64,000 bases of DNA, taken from Chiloscyllium plagiosum. Its lineage: Eukaryota. Positions 26,101-39,065 of this stretch are shown piece by piece; position 1 is the stretch's first letter; each line of letters begins with the position of its first letter. The translations under genes were made by a program, and so were the position numbers. Below the pieces are notes generated by a model. It ran no database searches and had not been told where the DNA came from. It saw only the letters and a list, made by a program, of their open reading frames with translations. The stretch spans positions 48,791,859 to 48,855,858 of the forward strand of contig NC_057718.1 in NCBI RefSeq assembly GCF_004010195.1. Reading direction: 5' to 3'.

Positions 26101-26744
26101 ACATTATGTATGATGAAGCAATGTTCCCTCATCCCACAGCACCCTTGGATATTTCACAAGTGGTAAGATGCTTTTGACCAGCATTGACTTAATTTTAAGT
26201 CATTGTGCCTAATATCAATGTGAGGGCAATATTAGATTAGGAGAATGGTTGGAGCCAAGGTAACATGAAAATTAACCCGCTCAGAATCATTACTTGATGC
26301 AACATCTCTTTCCAATATTTTCTACACGTAACCTATTACACAATCATGTATATTGCTGCAATAAATTTACTACTATATCACCCCCCAAAGTCTCTGACTT
26401 CATGAGTGCTGGTGGTCTAGGTGTTTCATACTTTTCTTAAAATGTACACTTTTTGGACTTGTAAAATGCTAATTGTCTTGTTTGAGGGCTTTTGACCTTC
26501 ATTCTGCAGCTGCTCTGTTGAATTAAAACTCTCTTCCTTGTAGTGTCCTGAAATTCTGGATCATGCAATTGTTTTCTATTTGGAAGAAGTAGCGTCTTTC
26601 CAGCAGCATATTGGTCTTCTTCAACCAGGCAGTTTCTTCTTTTTGACTATGTCCTGGATCTGGTGACATTGATCTATCTCTCATGGAGCCATATGCAGTT
26701 TATCTCCCTTGAGATGTTGATCATGCTGGATGTGTTCAGTCATT

Positions 26745-27220
26745 CATAGAATCATAGTCATAGAGATGTACAGCAAAGAAACAGACCCTTCAGTCCAACT
26801 CATCCATGTCAAACAGATATCCCAACCTAAACTAGTCCCACCTGCTAGCACCCGGCCAATATCCCTCCAAACCCTTCTTATTCATATACCCATCCAGATG
26901 CCTTTTAAATGGTGCAATAGTACTAGCCTCCACCACTTCCTCTGGCAGTTCATTCCATACATGTATCACCCTCTGCGTGAAAATTTGCTCCTTAGAACTC
27001 TTTTATATCTTTCCCCTCTCACCCTAAACTTATGCCCTCTAGTTCTGGACTCCCCCACCCTAGGGAAAAGACTTTGTCTATTTATCCTATCCATGCCCCG
27101 CATTATTTTGTAAACTTCTGTAAGGTCACCCCTCAGCTTCCAACGGTCCAGGAAAAACAGCCCCAGCCTGTTCAGCCTCTCCCTGTAGCTCAAATCCTCC
27201 AACCCTGACAACATCCTTGG
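26745..27220 (-). mobile_element. HER1/CR1 3' fragment
   Basis: RMLSGLEDLSYRERLNRLGLF..LRGDLTEVYKIMRG. Confidence 0.93.
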
Positions 27221-27564
27221 AGTGTTTGATGGGGACACTGAAAGGGAAGTTTTGTTTTCAGTTTAAAAGAGTTGAGAATGCTTTACTTACAGTTTAAGAG
27301 CAAAGGAAATTTTGCTCTGTATCTAACTCCGTGCTGCACCTCTGGAAATCTCTGGTCCAGATGGTTCATTGAGGTTTGTTTGACTGGTGAAGAACATTTT
27401 TCAGAGTCTCAATCATACTGGTGAAAGTTTGCTGCTCATTCAGCACTCTGTCTGTCAGTGGCATTGACTGTTTTGTTTTCGAAGATAGAGGAGTTCTACC
27501 AATCCTGTACAATCTGTACATTAACAATGCTAAGTACCTATCTTAAGCCATTGTAAGTCCAGAA

Positions 27565-27915
27565 GCTCAGTGGGTTAGCACTGCCGCCTCACAGCAGTGA
27601 GGACATGGGTTTGATTTCGCCCTCGGACAACTGTCTGTGTGGAGTTTGCACATTTTCCCTGTGTCTGCGTGGGTTTCCTCTCAGTACTCTGGTTTCTTCC
27701 CACAATCCAAAGATGTGCAGGACAGGTGGATTGGCCATGCTCAATTGTCCATAATGGCCAGGGATGTGCTGGATTAGCCATGGGAAATGCAGGGCTGGGG
27801 GAAAGGGTGGTGGGGTGGGGAGGTGGGAGATTGGTCTGGATGGGACATTCTTCAGAGGGTCAGTGTGCTCTCGATATGCCAAAATACCTGATACCACACT
27901 GTAAGGACTCTATGA
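27565..27915 (+). mobile_element. HE1-like V-SINE
   Basis: gctcagtgggttagcactgccgcctcacagc...tgtctgtgtggagtttgcacatt. Confidence 0.88.
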
Positions 27916-28608
27916 TTGTATATTCCACTATGAATTAACAAAAAAGTAATCTTACCTGGTTATTTCTTCTCTTTGGGTTCTGATAATGAATCTAGGAGGC
28001 CCAATACAGTCTTCTATTGGTTGGTCCTTGATGTTTGGATAGCTGTTCGTTTTAGGACCAGTCTTTCTCTGAGATATTGTTCGTGTCCTCCAACTCTTTC
28101 AATGACATTGAGGTTAAGGCATATAAACAGGCTCAATAGTGAGCCTTAATTAGTGGAAGGCATTGTACTTCCATGTTAATTTCTGATTGAATTGACATAC
28201 CATTGCACCTTCTGTGCAAAGGTGACACTGGGCTCCCAATAGGTCTCCAACTGGGACCCTTATCATAGCAACTAAGTTCCGCTCACTATTCATAATGCTC
28301 CTGAAACCGCATCCCAAATCCTCCTTTGTCCCACAGCATCCACTTCCTCTCAGAACATAATTGTTGCTGTATTATATCAACAAAATATATCACTTCATTT
28401 GCATTGATACTGAACTCTATCTGCCTTTTCATCTTCCACTAAATTAACTGCAATTCTAATGTTGTTATCACTACTTCATAAAATGTTAACATAATTCCAT
28501 CAGGGTATATCTTCAAAGAATTGATGAATACATAGAACAGAACTGACCTCAGAACTGAATCTATGAGGCACTACTAGTCATTCACAACTGCTTGCAAAGA
28601 CTGCCCTT

Positions 28609-29245
28609 AACATAAGAACATAAAAATTCGGAGGCCTTCGAATCTGCTCCATCATTCAGTCAGATCATGGCTGATCTTTTGTAGCCTCTGGTCCACTTAC
28701 CCGCCTTCTCACCATAACTCCTAATTCCTTTATCGTTCAAAACAAAATCTATCTTAGTTTTAAAAACATTTACTGAAGTAGCATCATCTACTTCACTGGG
28801 CAGGGAATTTCACAGATTCACAACGCTATGGGTGAAGAAGTTCCTTCAGAATTCAGTCCTAAATTTGCTCCTCCTAAGTTTGAGGCTATTGCCTCTTGTT
28901 CTAGTTTCACCAGGCAGTGGAAACATCTTCTCTGCTTCTATCTTATCTATTCCCTTCATAATTTTATATGTCTCTATAAGATCTCCCTCATTCTTCTAAA
29001 TTCCAATGAATACAATCCCAGTCTACTCAGTCTATTCTCATGATCCAACCTCCTCAACTCCAGAATCAACCTGGTGAACCTCCTCTGCACAACCTCTAGT
29101 GCCAGTACATCCTTTCTCAAGTAAGGAGACCAAAACTACATACAGCACTCCAGATGTGGCCTCACCAGCACTCTGTACAGCTGTAACATGACCTCTCCAC
29201 TTTTAAACTCAATCGCTTTAGCAATGAAGGACAAAATTCCACTTA
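28609..29245 (-). mobile_element. CR1 3' fragment
   Basis: aacataagaacata tail; ggagaccaaaact..cactccagatgtggcctcacc. Confidence 0.9.
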
Positions 29246-29728
29246 ACTCCCATTCAATGCTTTCTCATTTCTAACTAGTCAAATCATTACTACTGTTTAT
29301 TGCAAAATCTCACAAAAAGGCATATGTTCAGCATTTTGTCCCTGAAAGCTTGCTAGTTGGCTTCAGATTACCCTGAAAAGGAAGGTTTCTCAAATATCTG
29401 AACAATATGTGAAACTAGCTGTTTCAGACTGCTGATTTGTCGTAAATTCATGAGTGTTTTTCTTCTTTAAGAGAATGCTATCTTTAAGCCAAAAAAAATG
29501 TTTTGTCTAGAACATAATGTGTATTGTGATATGTGACTTTCAGTGCCAGTGTGATGCAGTCTGTACATCTGAATGACTGGTAAACTGTACCAAAAAAACA
29601 CATCCCATTTATTATTCACACTGTGCAGTATGTTGATCGTATTCAACCAGCCCATACTTGCAAGCCTCAGAGCACTTTGTTCACATTAGATGTGATTTTG
29701 CTACAGAATTTTTTTTATCAAATAATTT

Positions 29729-30042
29729 GGGGCGGCACGGTGGCTCAGTGGTTAGCACTGCTGCCTCACAGCACCAGGGACCCGGGTTCAATTCCTGCCT
29801 CGGGCAACTGTCTGTGTGGAGTTTGCACATTCTCCCCATGTCTGTGTGGGTTTCTTCTAGGTGCTCCGGTTTCCTCCCACAGTCCAAAGATGTGCAGGTT
29901 AGGTGAATTGGCCATGCTAAATTGCCCATAGTGTTAGGGATAAATGTAGGGGAATGTGTCTGGGTGGGTTGCTCTTCGGAGGGTTGGTGAGGACTGGTTG
30001 GGCCGAAGGGCCTGTTTCCACACTGTAGGGAATCTAATCTAA
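29729..30042 (+). mobile_element. HE1-like V-SINE, near full length
   Basis: gggcggcacggtggctcagtggttagcactgctgcctcacagcaccagggacccgggttcaattcc ... gggcctgtttccacactgtagggaatctaatctaa. Confidence 0.95.
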
Positions 30043-30334
30043 TTCACACTGTGCTAAAAATTACAGTGAGAGCCAGTTTAAGATCAATAGTTGGGTCTGC
30101 AGAGTGATGCATTTGTGTATCCTAGAAGCTACATGCATCAACCCACAGGACTTTACGTTATACCAGCAAAAATAATTTATACACACAAAGCACTTTTTCA
30201 TTGATAAAAGCAGTCATGGGTTTGTCAATCTCAGCTACATTCCTATAATAATAGTCTGCCCAATTAGTGTCTATCTGTCAAGCTTCAGAAGTAAAGTTGA
30301 AGATTAATTGTTTGTCCTTCATCTCCATGCCAAT

Positions 30335-30470
30335 AATAATCTAATCAATCAGTACCTTCCTCCCATGCTGTATCAATTGGTGTACCTTTGTTTCAGTCTG
30401 TTTCTTGATTTCTAGTCCTGATGAGTGCAAGATGAAAATATTCAACTATTTCTTCTTTTACCAACTTCTA
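30335..30470 (+). mobile_element. Penelope-like terminal fragment (second family) with hammerhead-like core
   Basis: cctgatgagtgcaagatgaaa shared with 61588-61607. Confidence 0.55.
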
Positions 30471-31857
30471 ATTTCAAACCAAACATAAAATTGATTTGTT
30501 ATCCTGCCAAAATGCAATACTCTCTGGTATTACCACGTGCACTCCAACCATTATTACCCCATTTGTCTGTTATTGGCTCAATGATGTCTAGGTTTGTCTG
30601 AGATGATTGTCCATTTTGTCATCTCTACTTGCTATTTTAACTACTTTCCCTTTATTTGCATAAATATGAAGCCAACCAATGGTACCAAGGTTACCTTTGA
30701 TGTTGTAAAGCTGTTGGACCCATTGGTTTACCTTTCTACCAATAAAATGCCACTGACCAGGTAATGCTTTAGTCTCATTTGGATACTCGCTCATTTGCAG
30801 AAATTGATCATTTTTCACTTGATGCTGGACCTTAATATCAAAGTTTGAAATCCCAAATAAGTTTAGCTTTGTTCTTATCTATTGTACATTCAGAGTTACA
30901 TTTGATGATGTGCTTACTTTATCTTGGATGCCACAGTTAATAATAAAATAGATTTTGCTATTAGCTAAAAATCATTTGAATACATCACAAACATAGGGAA
31001 AAATAACAGTTTACGGGAAGGTGATACTAAAAACACAATTTAGGAAGAATAGTTTACAGAGTTTCATTTGAATAAATGGATTTTGCTAAATTAATTTAAT
31101 ACCATCAAAAAATGTACCTGCTTTTGAATTTTTCTACAATAAATAAAGATAATAAAATATTTTTATTGATTAGAATTACAGCAGGCATACATATTTTGCT
31201 ACTGTAAATAGAGGTGAATTCTTAAATGGAACAAAAATACTTGGCTATATTTATTGTAACATCTTTAACATAAAGAAATAGTCAAAGTCAAAATGTCTAG
31301 CTCGAGGAGCTTATGCAACAAGAGTAGAGCACAGCAAATATGATATTCACTGACATAACAACCTCTCAACACAAGGTCAGTCCCAAACAGGCTTACTCGA
31401 ACACTTACTCACTACACATGTGACCTACTAATAGATCTCAGTGTTATCCCAAATTTAATGTAGTTGCCAAGATAAGGCTGTCCCTTAATGTTAGAGTTTG
31501 TATGACAACACAACAGGTAACATAAGGGGAAAGACTTTCTCCCACTTTAAGTGTTGGTGGTCAGCCACTGCTGAATATAATCAGACTTTCTACAAAGCCA
31601 AGAAACTCAAAATCAAATATTCAACGTCAATGTTACTGGTACTGCAACAGCTGTAACACTTAACTGACTGCTGTTCACGAGCAACTCAGAGACTAAGTCG
31701 TACATCTTATTATTGAAACTATTTTCTTTTTAGACAGTTCTTGTGGCTAATCCATATGTTTATGTGTTACATTACTATTTCTTGTTGCATTGAGTAACTG
31801 ATAAACGCACACACTTTTGTCAATTTAAGAACACCTAGTTAAATTGGCTCCTTTTAA

Positions 31858-32932
31858 AACATAGAACATAGAACATTACAGCGCAGTACAGGCCCTTCGG
31901 CCCTCGATATTGCGCCGATCTGTCATACCAATCTGAAGCCCATCTAACCTACACTATTCCATGTACGTCCATATGCTTGTCCAATGACAACTTAAATGTA
32001 CTTAAAGTTGGCGAATCTACTACCATTGCAGGCAAAGCACTCCATGCCCTTACTACTCTCTGAGTAAAGAAACTACCTCTGACATCTGTCCTATATCTAT
32101 CACCCCTCAAGTTAAAGCTATGCCCCCTCATGCTCGCCGTCACCATACTTGGAAAAAGGCTCTCCCTGTCCACCCTTTCTAACCCTCTGATTATCTTATA
32201 TGTCTCCATTAAGTCACCTCTCAATCTTCTTCTCTCCAACGAAAACAGTCTCAAGTCCCTCAGCCTTTCCTCATAAGACCTTCCCTCCATACCAGGCAAC
32301 ATCCTAGTAAATCTCCTCTGCACCCTTTCCAAAGCTTCCACATCCTTCTTATAATGTGGTGATCGGAACTGTACACAATATTCCAAGTGCGGCCGCACCA
32401 GAGTTTTGTACTGATGCAGCATAACCTCATGGTTCCAGAACTTGATCCCTCTATTACTAAAAGCTAAAACACTGTATGCCTTCTTAACAACCCTGTCAAC
32501 CTGGATAGCAACTTTCAAGGATCTGTGTACATGGCCACCGAGATCTCTCTGCTCATCTACACTACCAAGAATCTTACCATTAGCCCAGTACTTTGCATTC
32601 CGGTCACTCCGAACAAAGTGAATCATCTCACACTTGTCCGCATTAAACTCCATTTGCAACCTCTCAGCCCAGCTCTGCAGCTTATCTATGTCTCTCTGTA
32701 ACCTACAACATCCTTCATCACTATCCACAACTCCACCGACCTTAGTGTCGTCTGCAAATTTACTAACTCACCCTTCTTACGCCCTCATCCAGGTCGTTTA
32801 TAAAAATGATGAACAGCAGTGGACCCAACACTGACCCTTGCGTTACACCACTAGTAACTGGACTCCAGGATGAACATTTCCCATCAACCACCACCCTCTG
32901 TCTTCTTTCAGCAAGCCAATTACTGATCCAAA
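31858..32932 (-). mobile_element. Relatively young 5'-truncated CR1 LINE (RT C-terminal half)
   Basis: ORFs 32763-33071 ([24 protein letters not shown]) and 31949-32728 (259 aa; RPHLEYCVQF..ALERVQRRFTRMLPG); (catagaa)n tail. Confidence 0.95.
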
Positions 32933-33769
32933 CAGAAGTGCATTTGGCTACAGATGAAAGATCTCCAGATAGAAGGGAATCATTTAAAATTAACCTTGAT
33001 GGAACCAACCAAGGGGCAATGAATAACCAAGGGGAATCAGTTCCTTCCCTTCCCCCTGCCACGCCCCTCACACAGGGAGCTTAACTACTTAACTACAGAA
33101 CTGTAATAAATTGGGAACTTCATCAAGGCCCAAACACTGCAATTTATGAGAATAATCAAATGCCCTTCAATGTGGAAATCAAGGGGCATGTGTGTAGGGA
33201 TCAAAAAGGCAATAGGTTTACCAACAAGGAAAACAGATTCATTGGAACAAAGTTATTGCAGCTCATTTCTGACTGCAATAAACATTTGGAGAGATGGTGG
33301 AACACTATCTCGAATTGTACACTGAGGGGGACATGGTCACCACGGTCTAGGCACCATGGGAAGCCTGTTTGTCATGGCAGTGCTGGGTATCATCTCCATG
33401 CTGGATGAGCTTAACAAACTGACTCACATCTCATGGGCTAAGTTCCAGGTCATCAGGGTATGTTGCCTGAACTCATCAGACAGGGAAAACCAGCAGTTTT
33501 GTTGCATCTATACAAAATCCTCTGTCTCTGCTAAAGGGAGGGAGTGGTGCAGTGCCCCAAATCTCTGTGATGCAGTTAAAGATTGGGACATTGTACAAGA
33601 CAAGTGTGACTGCAGACAGAAATTCCTATGCATCTCCCTACTGAGTATTCTGGGGATAGTATTTGCCTGTGTTGCCCTTGTCAACCTGTAGATGCTGAAT
33701 GACCATATCTATCCCAGAACCGGAAGATATACTCAATGAGATCTACATGGCCCTCGTTCTTACCACTGC

Positions 33770-34040
33770 ATTTTGGCATCTTTTGGTGGGACAAGGTCAT
33801 AAGCTGAGTGGTCCTGGAGCATGCTAATTCCCTCCACATACATCCATTGCTAAACCAACAATACCTGCACATTCATTGGAAGGCTGATGGTTGTATACCC
33901 AAAGGCATCAGTATAGTGAGTGACCTGGCCACTGGAGTATGGTCTGCTGGGCATTCCTATCTCACCTGCAAGATATGAAGAAGCTGAACGTTGCTACAAG
34001 AAACTGGGAAACTCTCACCAGCAGCTGTGATCTTTGGAGT
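33770..34040 (+). mobile_element. RTE-clade LINE ORF2 C-terminal fragment
   Basis: WDKV..VLEHANSL..DGCIPK..LATG..KKLNVATRNWETLTSSCDLW resembles the RTE C-terminus. Confidence 0.65.
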
Positions 34041-34550
34041 TGGCCCTGGTCTGTTCAGCCTCTCCCTGTGACTCGGGCCCTCCGACCCTGGCGGCATCCC
34101 AGTGGATCTTTTGTAGACCCTTTCAAGTTTCAGGATATCCTTCCTATAGGAGTAAGACCGGGGGGTGGGGGGGTTAACCTTACGGAGGTTTGTGAAGTCA
34201 AGAGGGGCATGGGTGGGATAAATTGGATGGGGTCTTTTCCCTAGGGTGGGGGAGTCCAGAAGTGGAGGGCATGGATTTGGGACGAGAGGGGAAAGATGTC
34301 GAGGGGACCTGGAGGGAAGCTTTTTTGCACGGAGGGTGGTGTGTGTATGGATTGGGCTGCTGGGGGAGGTGGTGGAGGCTGGTACAATTGCAGCATTTGA
34401 GGGGCATCTGGATGGGTGTATGAGTGGGAGGGGTTTGGAGGGATGTGGGCCAGGTGCTGGCAAATGACTCCAAATTAAGTTGGGATGCCTAGTCCGCAAG
34501 GACGATTTGGACTGAGGGGTCTGTTTCCATGCTGTACATCTCTATGACTC
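34041..34550 (+). mobile_element. HER1/CR1 3' fragment with 5' inversion (34041-34160 antisense, 34161-34550 sense), A-to-G hypermutated
   Basis: Alignable to CR1 copies at 12558-13096 and 57521-58110; differences dominated by A>G. Confidence 0.9.
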
Positions 34551-34834
34551 ATTTGGAAGAGCATCAGAATGGGGAAGCAGAAATAAAAAGCTCATTCGAT
34601 TGAGAAGTGTGTTCAGCGAAAACCAAAAGCCTGAAGATCCTGCATCTTCTCAGATCATTGTCTTCCTCTGCAACAAAATATGGCATGGTCTGCCTTACCA
34701 GAGTGGGGCTCTGGAGCCACAACAGGAAATAACAGTGCGGATTTGACCACGATGGTGCAAGCCAACATCTTCATCACATTCCTTTCTGTTCATCTTTCTC
34801 CATGTACAGTCTGCTCTCTGTGAGTATGTAGAGT

Positions 34835-35176
34835 CCCTACAGTGTGGAAGCAGGCCACTTGGCTCATTGTATCCACACTGACCCTTCAAAGAGCATCTGA
34901 ATCAGACCCACCCCCGACCCTATCACTGCACCCCTGTGTGTCCCATGGCTAATTCACTTGGCCTGCACACCCCTAGACAAGGCAATTTAGCATGGCCAAT
35001 CCACCTAGCCTACTCATGTTTGGATTGTGCGAGGAAACCAGAGCACCTCAAGGAAACCCACCCAGACACGGGGAGAATGTTCAAACTCCACACAGACAGT
35101 CACCTGAGGGTGGAATTGAACCAAGGTCCCTGGCACAGAGGCAGCAGTGCTAACCACTGAGCCACCGTGCCACCCC
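34835..35176 (-). mobile_element. HE1-like V-SINE
   Basis: ...caaactccacacagacagtcacc...gtgctaaccactgagccaccgtgccacccc. Confidence 0.9.
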
Positions 35177-35439
35177 AAAACCAAAGTCTTAACCTCCTTT
35201 TATAACACAGATCATATCACCTGCTTGATCACATGCACTGATGTATAAGGCAAGTACTACCCTAAACATGTATTTCTGAGCTGAAATCTTGAAGTCAGCT
35301 CCTAATGTGCATAGTTTCCTGAAATAATATTGAAAAGATTGGTGACAAATAATATCTTGAGTATAGGCCTAAACACACATTTGACACTGAAAAAAATGAC
35401 TTGCCTTAAACACAGGGTTGATTTAGACGCTGTGATCTA

Positions 35440-36090
35440 ACATAATAAGGTGGTTCAGAAGGTGTTTAATATACTTGCCTTCATTGCTCAGACCTTTGTG
35501 TATAGGAGTTGGGACATTATGTTGAGGTTATTCAAGATGTTGATGAGGCTTTTTCTGGAGTACTTTTGTATCCAGTTCTAGTCGTCCTGTTATAGAAAGG
35601 ATATTATTAAGCTGGAGAGGATTCAGAAGATATTTACCAGGATGTTGCTGGGAAGGGAGAGTTTGAGTTATAAGGAGAGGCTGGGACCTTTTTCACTAGA
35701 GTGCAGGAGGTGGAGGGGTCACCTTATAGAGGCTTATAAAACCATGAGGGGCATAGGTAAGGCGAACGGGAGATGACTTTGCCGAGGGTGTTACATTTCA
35801 AGACCAGGAGGCGTAGATTTAAGGTGAGAGGAGAAAGATTTATAAAAGACATGAGGGGCAATTGTTTTACACAGAGAGTGGTTCATGTATAGAATGAACT
35901 TCCAGACAAAGTGGTGGAATGTGGGTACAGTTACAATGGTTAAAAGATATTTGGGTAAGTACACAAATAAGAAATATTTGGAGAGATGGGGGCCTAGTGT
36001 AGGCAGGTGGGAGTAGTTTAGTTTGGGATTATGGTCAGTGTGGACTGGTTGGACTGAAGGGTCTGTTTCTGTGCTGTATAACTCTCTGAC
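35440..36090 (+). mobile_element. CR1 3' fragment
   Basis: aagctggagaggattcagaagatatttaccaggatgttg...gggtctgtttctgtgctgtataactctctgact. Confidence 0.88.
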
Positions 36091-38974
36091 TTTATAATAA
36101 TAAAATTGACATTTAACTTTGTTGGGAGTCCTAATGATGTTGAAAATCTGACAATTAAAATGGCAGTGGGAATGCAGTGGAAATACCTGATTTCCACTGT
36201 AACTTCTGACTTACATTGTTCCTGATGGGCAGGTTGGAATAAATTTGACCCTGATATGTAATAAAACTTTGTAGCTTTAAATCTTTGAATTAATGCAAAA
36301 TGAAATGAATTCATAAATCGTATTGCTTTGGTGAGTAATGCAGATGTATCAAATTAATTGGTTGATTTGAACTGCATTGTGCTGCACTTGGCAGATTAAA
36401 TGTAAGGGAAAATGTTGCTGCTAAAAGAAAAATACATCGATATACCAGGCCATTAATCTGATATTTCTGCAAATGTTGTTTAAGACCTTCTCAACTCTTT
36501 GTGAAACTTAACACCTTGAAAGATAGTTACACGCTTTTTATGAGGTAATAAAATCTACTTTATTATAAAATTCATTACAAGACATTAAAACTGCTGTCGA
36601 CTTGCCAGATTGATTATAAATACTTTCTTCTTAGATGTTATTGCTTTAATATAAGAACAAACAAATGACAAAAGAATTTAAGGTAACTACCCTCTTCTTG
36701 TACCTCAGACAGCTGTGAAGGTAGCATGTCAAGGACATTTGGTCAGATCTTTAACCTGAAGACCTTAACCAGAGCTGTAGGGGTTCAGTCTGTTCCTTCC
36801 TAACAGGACTCAGAGGTGCATACCACTAGACCACAGGGAGGAGAGAACCTGTAGTGCACTGAACTTAAGTTATGTCATATCCATTCCTTTCTTCCTGCCT
36901 TCTTTCCTCATTTGCAATACAACCACCATCCCCATGGGGTAAAGAACATTACTGGCTATTCACCCAGTATGAATAGACACGAACAGGCTTTTTCACCATT
37001 CTAATATTGCTACATTCGCAGACACATCCTGTAGGTCATCAGCAACAGCCTTAATTTCAATTTAGTGTCTCCCAGTGGAACAACCTGCTCGAGTGTCAGT
37101 ACAAACTTAACAGTTATTTTCTTTCAGGTCACAGAATTAAACAGGAGTTTTATCTGACATGATTAATGTTTCCTGAACAACTTGTATATAACAAAAAGCA
37201 CCCTTAATGAAACATGTAGATCTGAGGATTATAAAGAGGCCAGACTTAATGCATCCAAATAGTCAAGCATAGATCTGTAGTTCAAATGAAACCGATTTAT
37301 TTACAAGTGGAAGAAAATACTGCGCTGTTACCATTTAAATTTCAATTAGTCAGCAGAGAAGAAGTGTGGATGACTAGAGATAATTATCCTGCTCTCTCTG
37401 ACAGTCTTTTCCTGTATTCACAACCCTTGCAGGTGATTTTGAAACACAATCTACCAACAGCTGCAAAATAGGCAGTTAGTTTAGAGGTTGGAGTCTTTCA
37501 CCCTTGTGGCACTCTGAGCAAGTTCCAGTTTATTGTTTGCAGCCTCTTTGGACTGCCAGCCACCCCTGAAGAACACTACAATGTGTCTTGTACAATTATT
37601 AGTAGTGTTTTAAATCCTGATGTCTGGCTTTGAAATTCATTTCTGTTAAAGTTTGCAAAGTTCATTACCTTCAACAATTGTGAAGGATTTGTCATTGCCT
37701 CAATTTCAGTTTTTCAGTAAGACTCGATTTTGTGATCTTGTCTTTATATGACTTATCAATTCTAGGAAAGGCTACCTTAATGTGTAGGAGTGAGGGTTAA
37801 GACCAGTGAAGCTACCAGCTTCAGTCCCCAGTTTGTACAGTCAGCATATTAGAACTTGAGAAGTAGTAAGCTCATTTACATAGGATATTTCGCAAAAGAG
37901 CAGGCCTTTCAGCCCATCCAGCCATGCCTATATTAGGATAAAAGTAACCATGGTTCTTGCTGTTGATTATTTTCTCTTAATCCCTTTTGGAACATACAGC
38001 TCTATGTATTTTGGCTGAGGATAGATTCAGGCTCAATGAGATGCCTTTGCAATCATATAATGTGCTACAGCAGACCCAAATATTCCAGAGGCTTGCAAGA
38101 CTTCCACAATCACTGTGAACAAAAACACTTCCAACTAAAACACTCTGACCTCATTGGGATATATAGGATCAGAAATTTTGCAGAAAGCACAACACTGGAA
38201 TATCCAAACATATAAAGCTGACGAGGACAAAGCTAACAGCCTAACTCAAATGTTTGGACTTAACAGTCCATTTGAAAGAGCTTGGTTGAGGAACCACTAA
38301 CCCACTACCAGAAAGCTACTTTCCTTGCAGCAGGTGATCAGCCTGTACCCAACAATGATGAAAACCGAACATTCCTAATTTATATATCATGCTTCTGTCA
38401 CTTGTCAAGTATCATACACGTGCTTTCGAGGCAGATGCAGAATTTGCAATCCTTCACTGTTGGCCTTATCCCACCATTCTGACATTTGTTTTTGCACAGT
38501 GGGGGAATTATACAACTGAACAATGGAATTATGCTAAGCTATTGAATTTTGTGACTGGACTATAGAACTGTACAACTGGACTGTGGATTGTACTGCAGGG
38601 CTCTGAAATCCAAGCAAGTATTGTATATGAAAGTAAAACATGGCTAATCATAGAAATAAAGGCAGAAATCCCTGGAAATGCAGAGTAATATTTTGGCCCA
38701 GTATAGGTGAAAGAAGAGCTATATATATCCACACAACGAACTTGGAAGTGGAAACCCTAATGCTCTTGTCATTCTAAGTGATGCAATTCATGGGTATGGG
38801 AGATACTGTTGAAGTAGATTTGGTGATTGAACAATGTCACTTTCAAATTTCTGATTAATCAGATAATTTTAACTGTGACATATGTTATTCCTCTTTCACC
38901 CCAGTGGATTAAAATTCTGAAAACTTCTGCTTAACATTCCCTAGAATGAATACACACTTTTAAAGTTCATAAAT

Positions 38975-39065
38975 GGGTGAGGCAGAGCAATTCAGGCAGC
39001 GTCTGTGGAGAGACACAGAGTTAACATTTCAGGTTAATGGTTTTTCATCAAAACTGGAAGAAGTT
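38975..39065 (-). mobile_element. Penelope-like terminal fragment
   Basis: caggcagcgtctgtggagagacacagagttaacatttcagg. Confidence 0.55.

Larger units (their letters stand above)
26200..28230 (-). mobile_element. Possible second very old Gypsy relic (interrupted)
   Basis: The minus strand has gaagtcagagactttggggggtgatatagtagtaa at about 26370-26402, resembling the PPT/LTR junction at 20587-20625; coding-like A-rich minus strand. Confidence 0.3.

Noticed and set aside
29729..29800. tRNA-like sequence
   Set aside because: SINE head with A/B boxes, continuous with the V-SINE body
31949..32728. 259-aa ORF as a host gene
   Set aside because: It is the CR1 RT C-terminus of a 5'-truncated copy
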